From Candidatus Saccharimonadales bacterium (GTDB taxonomy: Bacteria; Patescibacteriota; Saccharimonadia; Saccharimonadales; JANWIN01), in contig JBBRLY010000013.1 in assembly GCA_038231155.1 (NCBI GenBank), positions 196,305-260,304 on the forward strand: a stretch of DNA of 64,000 bases, written 5' to 3'. Positions 37,558 to 46,491 of this stretch are shown piece after piece (positions within the stretch are counted from its first letter, which is position 1; every line of letters starts with the position of its first letter). A program made the position numbers and the translations under genes. The notes under the pieces are model-generated. The model made no database searches. It saw only the letters and a program-made list of their open reading frames with translations, and was not told the DNA's origin.

Positions 37558-39837
37558 CTAGAATTTTACTGTTACAGGTATAGATCTATTTGTTGTAGAA
37601 CTATTACCGAATTGACCATAAAAGTTATCACCCCAGCAATTAACAGTACCGTCCGACATAACTGAGCATGTATGAAAATCACCACCAGCAAGATTTATAG
37701 CCCCGGTTAAATTACCAACCATAATGGGTTTTGAATCTGGTATTCCGGTTGGGTCACCTGTCTGACCCGTGTAATCATCACCCCAGCACTCTACTGAAGA
37801 GTTGCTTTGTAAGGCGCAGCTATGAGAGCCACCAGCTTTAACAAGTGTCACCTCGCTAAGATTACTAACTATAGCCGGTATCGATGAGTTAATTTTCGTG
37901 CCGTTTCCTAGCTGACCATAATAGTTATTACCCCAACATCTAACAGTTGTATCAGTTAATACTGCACAACTATGTGAGTCACCAGTCGTAATGGTAGTAA
38001 CACCACTTATTCCACTAACTGTAACCGGCAACGATGAATCGGCAGTTGTACCATTTCCAAGTTGCCCAGAATCATTTTTACCCCAACATTTGACAATACC
38101 GCTAGTAAGTAAGGCACAAGTGTGTGCACCTCCGCTAGAAATAGCACTCACATTACTTAAGCCATTAACTGAAATCGGTACTAAGGAATTGTTTGTAGTC
38201 CCATTCCCAAGTTGCCCGAATTTATTACTACCCCAACATTTAACTGTGCTACCGGCCAACAAACTGCATGAGTATGATTCTCCAGCAGTAACAGCCCTTA
38301 CACCGCTTAAACCGGTTACCGCTACCGGTATAGATGAATTAGTTGTATTCCCATTTCCAAGTTGCCCAGAATCATTTTTGCCCCAACATTTGACTGTATT
38401 ACTTAGCACAACTGTGCAAGCATGATAATAGCCCAAGTCAATATTTGAAACGTTTGTTAAGTTACTAACACCGACAGGAATTGACGAGTTAACATTGGTA
38501 CTATTTCCTAGTTGGCCATAGGTATTAATACCCCAGCAATTGACAATACCTCCACTAATCAAAGCACATGTGGACTCGTTACCAGCGGAAACTGCAGATG
38601 CTGTTTGTATATTACTAACCAAACGTGGAGAGGAAGTGTTGGTGGTGGTGCCATTTCCAAGTTGTCCAAAAAAGTCATATCCCCAACATTTGACGGTAGC
38701 ATTATCACTAAGCAGAACACAGTTGTGTGCACTCCCCGTAGTAATAGAACTAACACTGGTTAAGCTGTTTATCTTAAACGGAACAGTAGTGCTAGAGGTG
38801 TTACCATTACCAACTTGTCCGAAGAAATTACTACCCCAACATTCAACACCGCCAGTAGTTAACAAAGCACAAGAATTTGTACCTCCACCAGATATTGATT
38901 TAACTCCACTCAAAGAACTTACTGTAACAGGTGTCGAGGAGTTATTAGTAGTACCGTTTCCTAATTGTCCAGATGCATTAATACCCCAACATTTAACCGT
39001 TCCATCGTTTATTAGGGCACAAGAATGATATAAAGCTCCAACCATGAAAGTTACATTACTCAAGTTTTTTACTAATACTGGAAATAATGAGTTTGTTGTC
39101 GTACCGTTTCCTAGCTGACCAGAATCATTCTTACCCCAGCATTTAACCGTTCCGGCTGTAAGCAGGGCGCAAGTGTGAGCAATATTTCCTGATAATCCAA
39201 GAGCCTTAACTCCATTTAAACCACTCACCGGTACCGGTATCAATGAGTTAGTAGTCGTACCGTTTCCTAGCTGACCAGAATCATTTTTACCCCAACATTC
39301 GACAGTTCCTGTTGTGAGCAGGGCGCAAGTGTGAGAATCTCCAGCTCCAATAGCTATTACACCGCTTAATCCGCTTACCAATACCGGAACTAAAGATTTA
39401 TTTGTTGTGCCATTGCCAAGTTGGCCGGAAAAATTATAACCCCAGCACTTGACTGTCGTATCACTTATTAGGGCGCAACTATGAGCACCGCCTGTAGCTA
39501 TGGCAATTGCTCCGCTCAAACCACTAACCGCTACTGGCACTGATGAGTTTGTTGTAGTACCATTTCCCAACTGACCGAAAACATTACGTCCCCAACATTC
39601 GACAGTACCCGAACTTAATAAAGCACAGGAGTGTACACCACCGCCAGATATTGAAGATATTACCTGTAAAGAACTTTTAGATAAAGATTGGGCTGAATTG
39701 TTACTTGGTATTACGCCCGACAAAATAATAAGCGCAGTAGCAACTAAAAGACCACTTGATAGAATTAATTTATGAACAAATCCCCAGTTTTGTCTTTCAT
39801 TATATATTCGGTGAAAATAGTCTTTTATTGACGGCAT
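37558..39837 (-). CDS. membrane-anchored RCC1/BLIP-II repeat protein (14 blades)
   Basis: 759 aa with an N-terminal TM anchor, then 14 units of CWG.N..GQLGNGTT.NS..PV.VS.LS.V..I..G..H.CAL. Confidence 0.9.
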   Translation of the reverse strand: MPSIKDYFHRIYNERQNWGFVHKLILSSGLLVATALIILSGVIPSNNSAQSLSKSSLQVISSISGGGVHSCALLSSGTVECWGRNVFGQLGNGTTTNSSVPVAVSGLSGAIAIATGGAHSCALISDTTVKCWGYNFSGQLGNGTTNKSLVPVLVSGLSGVIAIGAGDSHTCALLTTGTVECWGKNDSGQLGNGTTTNSLIPVPVSGLNGVKALGLSGNIAHTCALLTAGTVKCWGKNDSGQLGNGTTTNSLFPVLVKNLSNVTFMVGALYHSCALINDGTVKCWGINASGQLGNGTTNNSSTPVTVSSLSGVKSISGGGTNSCALLTTGGVECWGSNFFGQVGNGNTSSTTVPFKINSLTSVSSITTGSAHNCVLLSDNATVKCWGYDFFGQLGNGTTTNTSSPRLVSNIQTASAVSAGNESTCALISGGIVNCWGINTYGQLGNSTNVNSSIPVGVSNLTNVSNIDLGYYHACTVVLSNTVKCWGKNDSGQLGNGNTTNSSIPVAVTGLSGVRAVTAGESYSCSLLAGSTVKCWGSNKFGQLGNGTTNNSLVPISVNGLSNVSAISSGGAHTCALLTSGIVKCWGKNDSGQLGNGTTADSSLPVTVSGISGVTTITTGDSHSCAVLTDTTVRCWGNNYYGQLGNGTKINSSIPAIVSNLSEVTLVKAGGSHSCALQSNSSVECWGDDYTGQTGDPTGIPDSKPIMVGNLTGAINLAGGDFHTCSVMSDGTVNCWGDNFYGQFGNSSTTNRSIPVTVKF

Positions 39838-40026
39838 AGTTTTTAGATAATTCGTAAGTAATAGCTCAGTTGGTTATCAAATTTAATATAACATGATTTT
39901 TTATTTGTCAATAACACTATTTAATATTTTACACCATTATGTACTTAGCATAAAAGCGATTTCTAAAAATATCAGCGTTTAAGTCGCTTTTATACAAGCT
40001 TAGCTTTAGTTATACTTTAGTCTTAG

Positions 40027-40743
40027 ATGGTTATGGATAAACCGAATATGGAAAGTACCTCCAAAAAAAAATTACTGAGCTTCTTAAGTACTAGGTTAGA
40101 TGTAGATACTAAACAACTTAGGATGTTATTGCAGCCTTCTACATCAAGCACTATAAGCGTAATTATTCTGAGCATATTAATTTACGTTGTAGCAATATTA
40201 ACTTATGCAACTAAAAGCGGATTGATATATCGTTATTTATTTGGGCCGAATAGTTCTGCTGAGCTAATTAAATCCTCCCATGATACGGTCTCGGCACTTA
40301 ATAATACGGTCTTTGGCAACCCAACCCTTAATAAAGTCCTTTATTTTGCCATGTGGATGTTACTTGGATTAATTGTTTATATTATCCTGTTTAGTTTTAT
40401 TAGAAGTGTATCCAGCGCGGCCGAGGACATAGAAGAAACTACATATACCAATATTGACCCAAAGGGTGGCTGGCATGCTATCGCCCTGCGAGCCGGAATT
40501 AGAGCAGCTATTATCGTATTTTGGCTGATTTACTGGATTTTTTTTATCAGAATTTTAGTACCGTTTTCGGTGCTGTCAGCAAAGATTGGAGTTGGCAACA
40601 TGCCTCATGCTACGGGATTTATTTATAGTTTATTGGGAATAATCGTGCTGATATTAAGCTTGCATCTTCATGTTATTTGCATGCGGCTGATAGCACTTAA
40701 AGTCAGACTTTTTGATTCAGCAGATATCACTGAAGCACCGTAA
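40027..40743 (+). CDS. integral membrane protein
   Basis: 238 aa with 4 predicted TM helices and no recognisable motif. Confidence 0.55.
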   Translation: MVMDKPNMESTSKKKLLSFLSTRLDVDTKQLRMLLQPSTSSTISVIILSILIYVVAILTYATKSGLIYRYLFGPNSSAELIKSSHDTVSALNNTVFGNPTLNKVLYFAMWMLLGLIVYIILFSFIRSVSSAAEDIEETTYTNIDPKGGWHAIALRAGIRAAIIVFWLIYWIFFIRILVPFSVLSAKIGVGNMPHATGFIYSLLGIIVLILSLHLHVICMRLIALKVRLFDSADITEAP

Positions 40744-40749
40744 TTGACA

Positions 40750-41232
40750 TTAAAATTTATAAATGTGCCATTTTTGATCAGTTTTGACTGGTTTTAGGCC
40801 AGGTAATACGAAGATGTAGCTAATTAATTGAGAGCCTTGTTTCATTTGGCTTTTGGCTTTTATAGCCAAACGGGGCATTGTTCTAGGGATTAAAAATGCT
40901 ATTACTAAATCGGCTCCTGATATATCTTTATTCCAAAAGCTGCCAAACTTAACCTTGGCAATTGATCGATAGGGTAGGGTTCGAAGGGCAGATATTAGAT
41001 ATAGCAGTGGATTAATCTCATAGCCGGTTACTTTTACTCCGCGTCTAGCTACAGCAACCACGATTCGGCCATCACCACAACCAAGTTCAACTACTGAATC
41101 AGACTTTTTTAAGTGTACCTCGTCAAATAAGTGATCAATGTCAACTTTACGGGCAGGTACCCATGGTGCGCCGCTGATGCCGGCTACCAAAAACCCAACT
41201 AGCAAAATACAAACAGTTAAAAGTATTATCAT
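40750..41232 (-). CDS. small membrane-anchored SAM-dependent methyltransferase
   Basis: 160 aa with an N-terminal TM, motif I VVELGCGDGRIV and GYEINP post-I/II blocks. Confidence 0.7.
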   Translation of the reverse strand: MIILLTVCILLVGFLVAGISGAPWVPARKVDIDHLFDEVHLKKSDSVVELGCGDGRIVVAVARRGVKVTGYEINPLLYLISALRTLPYRSIAKVKFGSFWNKDISGADLVIAFLIPRTMPRLAIKAKSQMKQGSQLISYIFVLPGLKPVKTDQKWHIYKF

Positions 41233-41313
41233 TTACCAATCGTATTATAGCGATTAACGTCAATCTCGACTTAGTGTAGTTTTGTTAGCAGTATGCGATA
41301 ATTAGCATAACCA

Positions 41314-42714
41314 ATGTCAGAGAAAAAGACACCGAAACAAAAAGACATATTTACTAAAGGTTTTGAAGCACCGGCCCAAATGTTAGAGCAGACTATTGAT
41401 GCGGCTGGTAAAGTTGCCCAAGTATTTCCGACCGAACAAGCTTCTAACGCAGTTAGAAAGACTCGTGGCTATTGGCATTCGCTTGGCCCTGGGTTGACAA
41501 CCGGTGCTTCAGACGACGATCCATCCGGTATTGCTACCTATTCCCAAACTGGCGCCCAGTATGGAATCCAACTACTGTGGTTAGCCGTTTTTACATTTCC
41601 GCTGATGGCCATCGTTCAAGAAATGTGTGCTCGAATTGGCATGGTAACAGGGCGAGGACTAGCTGGGAATATTAGAACTTTCTTCCCACGCAAAGTGCTT
41701 TACATCTCTACAATTTTACTTTTTGCAGCCAATGCCTTTAATATTGGCGCCGACCTTGGAGCCATGGCTAAAGGTGTGCAACTGCTTAAGCCATCTCTAA
41801 ATTTCGCGGCATTAGTTGTCGGTATTTCAGTTTTTAGTTTAGGTATGCAAATTTTCACTCCTTATGCCCGTTATGCTAAATATTTAAAATGGTTAGCATT
41901 AGTACTTCTAGCTTATGTATTTTCAGCTATTCTAGCTCATCTACATTGGAGTACAGTCATATCGCATGCCTTTATACCAACTGTTAAATTCAATAAAGAC
42001 CAGCTGCTGCTAATTTGTGCCATTTTAGGCACTACAATTTCACCATATCTGTTTTTTTGGCAAACGTCTCAAGAGATTGAAGAGCAAGTAGAGAAGGGTA
42101 AAACATCTATTGCTTCGCGAAAAGGCTCGACTAAAAAGGCAATCAAATCTATGCGTATTGATGTTTGGAGTGGTATGTTACTTTCAAACATTGTAATGTT
42201 CTTTATTATTGCCGCTTGTGGAGCAATATTATTTAGTCATGGCATTACTAAAATACAGACCGCTGCTCAAGCCGCTGAAGCCTTACGACCATTTGCTGGA
42301 AATTCCACTTATTGGTTGTTTGCTATCGGCATTATCGGTACTGGGTTACTAGCGATCCCGGTGTTGGCAGGATCCAGCAGCTATGCCTTAGCTGAAAGCC
42401 TAAATTGGCGCGGTGGACTTAACCGTAAACTTAAACAAGCCTACGCTTTTTATGGGGTTATTATTATTTCAATGTTAATAGGGCTAGGGCTAAATTTTAT
42501 CGGGTTGGACCCCATTAAAGCCTTGATTTACTCAGCTGTTGTCAATGGCTTGGTAGCACCAATAGTTCTGCTATTGATAGTCCTAATAAGTAGTAATAAA
42601 AGAGTTATGGGCGAGTGGGTAAATAAACCGGGAACTACTTTTATGGGCTGGGTGATTACCTTAATAATGTTAGCGGCTGGTGGTGCAGCAATTTTTTCAT
42701 TGTTTTATTCATAA
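41314..42714 (+). CDS. NRAMP/SLC11-related transporter with a non-canonical metal site
   Basis: 466 aa with about 11 TM helices. TM1 reads DDPSGIATYSQTGAQYG where canonical family members have DPGN. TM6 reads TTISPYLFFWQ where they have A-x-I-M-P-H. Confidence 0.8.
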   Translation: MSEKKTPKQKDIFTKGFEAPAQMLEQTIDAAGKVAQVFPTEQASNAVRKTRGYWHSLGPGLTTGASDDDPSGIATYSQTGAQYGIQLLWLAVFTFPLMAIVQEMCARIGMVTGRGLAGNIRTFFPRKVLYISTILLFAANAFNIGADLGAMAKGVQLLKPSLNFAALVVGISVFSLGMQIFTPYARYAKYLKWLALVLLAYVFSAILAHLHWSTVISHAFIPTVKFNKDQLLLICAILGTTISPYLFFWQTSQEIEEQVEKGKTSIASRKGSTKKAIKSMRIDVWSGMLLSNIVMFFIIAACGAILFSHGITKIQTAAQAAEALRPFAGNSTYWLFAIGIIGTGLLAIPVLAGSSSYALAESLNWRGGLNRKLKQAYAFYGVIIISMLIGLGLNFIGLDPIKALIYSAVVNGLVAPIVLLLIVLISSNKRVMGEWVNKPGTTFMGWVITLIMLAAGGAAIFSLFYS

Positions 42715-43937
42715 CGTAGGGCATCAATCGGATCTTTACTAGCTGCTTTAGCAGCAGGTGCTAAGCCAAATAAAACTCCTACGACTATAGCTACTAGGCT
42801 GGCAGCAATTACTATTGGCAAAGTAATAATTGGCTGCAGATGAGTAAAAACTCTTACTCCCGCAATAACTAATGAGGAGATGATTAGTCCAATTGCGGCC
42901 CCAACACAGCTTAATACTAAAGCTTCAATTAAGAACTGGCCAAGAATTTGGCTATTAGTAGCACCAATGGCTTTTCGTATTCCAATTTCCCGGGTTCTTT
43001 CACTAACTGAGACAAGCATTATATTCATAATGCCAATCCCGCCGACCAATAGAGAAATAGCCGCGATACCAGCAACAAAAGCAGTTAGAATGTTCAAAAT
43101 ATCACTAGTCACTTGCAGATTCTCATCTTGACGTAAAATAGTGAAATCTTTCTGCTGGCCATGGCTATTGAGTAGCTGTTGGTTAAGATTAGCGATAGTT
43201 TGTGTCGTCTGATTTGGATTACTAGGCTTAACCAAGACTTGGACCAGCTGGCTATTACCGCCAGTTAACTTCTGAGCCATACTATAAGAAATAAAAATAG
43301 CATTATTCAAATCCGGACCAAAAGCTAGTGGTGATGACCCAAATCTGTCTAAAATTCCACGGACAATAAAATCTTGACCGCGAATTGTTATTGTTCGGCC
43401 AACCGGTACGTTTTCATCAAATAATTTATTAACTACATTGTAACCGACTACGGCCGATGGAATATCGCTATCCGGTTCAGACACAAATTCGCCGTATAGT
43501 ACTTTTTGTTTAAGAATTTCTGGTAGTCCGGAAGTAGTTCCTATAATATAACCGTCGTTATAATCTCGACCACTGGCCCTGGCCGATGAAGTGATAATAC
43601 TTATCGGAACGGCTAGTTTTACACCAGCGGTTTTTTTAATTGAGGATATATCATTAGTCGGCAGACTGCCACTACTAAAATTATAGCCATTTATGACGTT
43701 CACTTTAGTAATCCGACCTTCAGCATCACGGTTTACAATATTCCCGGGTCTAATAGTAATCACATCGCTTCCTAATCGGTTAATTTGTCCAATGACCTGA
43801 TGTTTAATTCCTTCTCCTAGACTTACTGTAGTAACTACCGAAACAACACCAACAATTATGCCGAGCATAGTAAGCAAACTACGCCATTTAGCCGTTTTAA
43901 CAGCAGCTAATGCAATTTTGAAATTACCTTTTAACAT
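42705..43937 (-). CDS. ABC transporter permease, MacB/FtsX type
   Basis: N-terminal TM, a large periplasmic MacB_PCD-like domain and a C-terminal FtsX 3-TM bundle (REIGIRKAIGAT). I moved the start to MLKGNFKIAL (43937). Confidence 0.85.
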   Translation of the reverse strand: MLKGNFKIALAAVKTAKWRSLLTMLGIIVGVVSVVTTVSLGEGIKHQVIGQINRLGSDVITIRPGNIVNRDAEGRITKVNVINGYNFSSGSLPTNDISSIKKTAGVKLAVPISIITSSARASGRDYNDGYIIGTTSGLPEILKQKVLYGEFVSEPDSDIPSAVVGYNVVNKLFDENVPVGRTITIRGQDFIVRGILDRFGSSPLAFGPDLNNAIFISYSMAQKLTGGNSQLVQVLVKPSNPNQTTQTIANLNQQLLNSHGQQKDFTILRQDENLQVTSDILNILTAFVAGIAAISLLVGGIGIMNIMLVSVSERTREIGIRKAIGATNSQILGQFLIEALVLSCVGAAIGLIISSLVIAGVRVFTHLQPIITLPIVIAASLVAIVVGVLFGLAPAAKAASKDPIDALRYE

Positions 43938-44802
43938 TACTTCGCTTCTTTCTAGGGCGGCGTTTTTTGGCTTTAGTCTGGCGAACTTTGGGTCGTTTTT
44001 TTTCAACTTGTTTGTCTGGTATGGCATGCATTAGAGCCGACACACCAGCTGCGTCGTCTTCTTCAGTTTTTCGTGGGAACAAATACATAACTCGACGAGC
44101 CAATCGTGGGACTTGGCCAATTGGTGTTTGCTCGTCATGAATAATACTGCCATCGTGCATATACAGCACTCGACTGGCATAACGCGTTAACTCAGGGTTA
44201 TGCGTAACCATTAAAATTGTATTACCAGATTGATGAACCTCACTTAGTAACTCCATAACCACCAAACTGGCATTGCTGTCTAAATTGCCGGTTGGTTCAT
44301 CTGCAATGATAATATTCGGATCATTAATTAAGGCTCTGGCGATGGCAGCCCTTTGAATCTGACCACCGGATAATTGTTTGGGCATAAAATATTCGCGGTC
44401 TTTCATGCCTATTTGGTCCAGCATGTGGCTGGCTCGTTTTAATCTCCTAACCGGAGATACACCTTTATAGGCTAGTGGTAAAGCCACATTTTCAACCACA
44501 TTAAGTTTTGGAAGCAAATTGTAAGACTGAAAAACAAAGCCAATTCTATCGCGGCGGATTTTAGCCCGGCGATTGCTATTCAATCTTGCAACATCGCGAC
44601 CGCTTAAGCTGTAGCTGCCATGGCTAGGTCGATCAAGCAGCCCGATAATATTCATTAAGCTAGATTTACCCGATCCACTTGGTCCCATAACCGCTATAAA
44701 TTCACCTTGGTCAATTTCAATATTAATTTCATCAAGGGCGACCGTTGTAGCATCGCCCAGACCATACAGTTTTGAAACGTCCTTTAAGACAATAACTGGC
44801 AT
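43924..44802 (-). CDS. ABC transporter ATP-binding protein (MacB/LolD-like) with a basic C-terminal tail
   Basis: Walker A GPSGSGKSS, signature LSGGQ and Walker B IIIADEPT. The roughly 60-aa C-terminal extension ends KKRPKVRQTKAKKRRPRKKRSNVKR. Confidence 0.9.
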   Translation of the reverse strand: MPVIVLKDVSKLYGLGDATTVALDEINIEIDQGEFIAVMGPSGSGKSSLMNIIGLLDRPSHGSYSLSGRDVARLNSNRRAKIRRDRIGFVFQSYNLLPKLNVVENVALPLAYKGVSPVRRLKRASHMLDQIGMKDREYFMPKQLSGGQIQRAAIARALINDPNIIIADEPTGNLDSNASLVVMELLSEVHQSGNTILMVTHNPELTRYASRVLYMHDGSIIHDEQTPIGQVPRLARRVMYLFPRKTEEDDAAGVSALMHAIPDKQVEKKRPKVRQTKAKKRRPRKKRSNVKR

Positions 44803-44842
44803 ATTTTTATATTCCGCTTATGGTTTTTGCTTGAGTTACATA

Positions 44843-44880
44843 AGAGGTGTGTCCCCATCGGAACACACCTCTCTAGTTTT
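44843..44880 (+). terminator. orphan terminator-like hairpin
   Basis: 10-bp stem AGAGGTGTGT / ACACACCTCT (extendable by CC/GG with a bulge), followed by CTAGTTTTT. No plus-strand gene lies directly upstream. Confidence 0.35.
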
Positions 44881-44971
44881 TACGAATGTCTCTAAGATAG
44901 TTTAAACCTAGAGTTGCTAGACCTGCAAGACACTAGTTGTAGTAATTTTTTAGTATAATCATAGTCGACGC

Positions 44972-45062
44972 GGAGGGATCGCATAGTTGGTCTAGTGCGC
45001 CATCTTGGAAAGGTGGTATGGGGGTAACTCCATCGAGGGTTCGAATCCCTCTCCCTCCGCCA
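44972..45062 (+). tRNA. tRNA-Ser (GGA), CCA encoded
   Basis: Hand-folded. Acceptor GGAGGGA/TCCCTCC, anticodon loop TT-GGA-AA, long variable arm, T arm GAGGG-TTCGAAT-CCCTC. TATAAT at 44954-44959 lies 12 nt upstream. Confidence 0.9.
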
Positions 45063-45116
45063 GGTTTTGTGTGAAATGTAATATTTTATTAACTAAGAGA
45101 GAGGTATAACTTGAAT

Positions 45117-45755
45117 ATGAAAATAACAAAATATGAGCATGCTTGTTTAGTAGTCGAGGACGGAAATCGCTTACTAGTTATTGATCCGGGATCTTTTACT
45201 ACATCATTACCGAAAGATCTAAAAAACGTTGAAGCTATCGTTATCACTCATGTTCACGGGGACCACTTGAACCAAAAGAATATAGCCAATATCGTTAGAA
45301 ACAATCCAAATCTTATAGTTTTTGGCACTCAAGAAGTTGCCGATCAACTTTCCTCACTTAAGGTTCAAGTTGTAAGTGGAGGCAGTAAGGCTAAAGCTGG
45401 GCCATTTAAATTAGCATTCTTTGGCGGTGAACACGCCATAATCCATGAATCCTGGCCAAAAAATCAAAACGTCGGACTATTAGTAAATGACCGGCTTTAT
45501 TATCCAGGCGATTCATTTACAGTACCCCAGGTTAAAGTGAGTGTGCTAGCTCTACCAGTCAGTGCACCTTGGTTAAAATTGGCAGAATCCATGGATTTTT
45601 TAACTGCAGTAAGACCAAAAATCGCATTTCCAACGCATAATGCGCTACTATCTGAAATAGGTGAGAACTTAAATGAAAATATTCTTGGTGGAGTTGCGAA
45701 AGCTCTTAACTGCAAATTTCAAACATTAAACCCAGGGTCCTCGATAGACATTTAG
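45117..45755 (+). CDS. MBL-fold metallo-hydrolase
   Basis: ITHVHGDH (HxHxDH) and later His/Asp ligands. I took ATG 45117 as the start because it lies 6 nt after TATAAC at 45105-45110. The track start is TTG 45111. Confidence 0.8.
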   Translation: MKITKYEHACLVVEDGNRLLVIDPGSFTTSLPKDLKNVEAIVITHVHGDHLNQKNIANIVRNNPNLIVFGTQEVADQLSSLKVQVVSGGSKAKAGPFKLAFFGGEHAIIHESWPKNQNVGLLVNDRLYYPGDSFTVPQVKVSVLALPVSAPWLKLAESMDFLTAVRPKIAFPTHNALLSEIGENLNENILGGVAKALNCKFQTLNPGSSIDI

Positions 45756-46459
45756 TGATTAATTAGCGTGCCGATAGACTGACCTTTTATAATCTTTTGT
45801 AAGTTATCTTTTTCGAAAGCGTTAAACACTATTAACGGCATGCTATGTTCCATAGCCAAGCCTAAAGCCGCTTTATCGATAATCTTAATGTTTGAATTTT
45901 CAATGGTCTTTTGAAAGCTTAAGCTGTCAATTTTTACGGCACTTTTATGCTGATTAGGATCTTTATCGTAAACCCCATCGACTTTGGTAGCTTTAAGTAC
46001 AGCCTGGCAATCCAGTTCAAGTGCTAAATTAACTGCAGCAGTATCGTGCGTAAAGTAGGGACGTCCGATTCCACCGGCCACAATTACAACTCGGCCATGT
46101 TCTAAATGTTTTATAGCACGGCGGTTAGAATAAGCCTCGGCAACTTGATCGGCAAAAATATTACTTAAACAGCGTGTTGGAATTTTATGAGCTTCTAATA
46201 TATCGGTCATTGCCATAGAATTGATTAAACCGCTTAGCATACCCATTTGGTCTCCTGTGACTCGTCTGATACCTTGCAGTGCAATTTCGGCCCCTCTTAC
46301 TATATTGCCACCTCCAACAACTAAGACTATTTGGCAGCCCGACGTGGCAGCTTTCTTAATTTCATCTGCTAAAAAATTAGCTACTTTGGTATCAATACCG
46401 GTTTCAAACTGACCAGCAAGTTGTTCGCCGGATAGTTTTAACAGTATTCGCTTATACAT
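45752..46459 (-). CDS. pyrH: UMP kinase
   Basis: 235 aa with ILLKLSGE, VVGGGNIVRG and the amino-acid kinase fold blocks. Confidence 0.93.
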   Translation of the reverse strand: MYKRILLKLSGEQLAGQFETGIDTKVANFLADEIKKAATSGCQIVLVVGGGNIVRGAEIALQGIRRVTGDQMGMLSGLINSMAMTDILEAHKIPTRCLSNIFADQVAEAYSNRRAIKHLEHGRVVIVAGGIGRPYFTHDTAAVNLALELDCQAVLKATKVDGVYDKDPNQHKSAVKIDSLSFQKTIENSNIKIIDKAALGLAMEHSMPLIVFNAFEKDNLQKIIKGQSIGTLINH

Positions 46460-46491
46460 TAATAGCTATTTTATCAGCTATAATGATGCTA

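Noticed and set aside
25432-39837. An intact prophage or tailocin.
   Set aside because: No capsid, portal, terminase, tape-measure, sheath/tube, baseplate, holin/lysin or integrase candidates occur anywhere in the 64 kb. Only fibre-like genes are present, so I report it as a fibre locus of uncertain origin.
37558-39837. A CRISPR-like or other non-coding periodic repeat, suggested by the ~153-nt periodic DNA similarity.
   Set aside because: The periodicity is the 51-aa RCC1 blade of a single uninterrupted 759-codon ORF. There is no repeat/spacer structure and there are no cas genes.
39952-39991. The AAAAGCGA ... TCGCTTTT inverted repeat as a terminator.
   Set aside because: A 24-nt loop with an 8-bp AT-rich stem is too weak, and it lies upstream of genes diverging on both sides.
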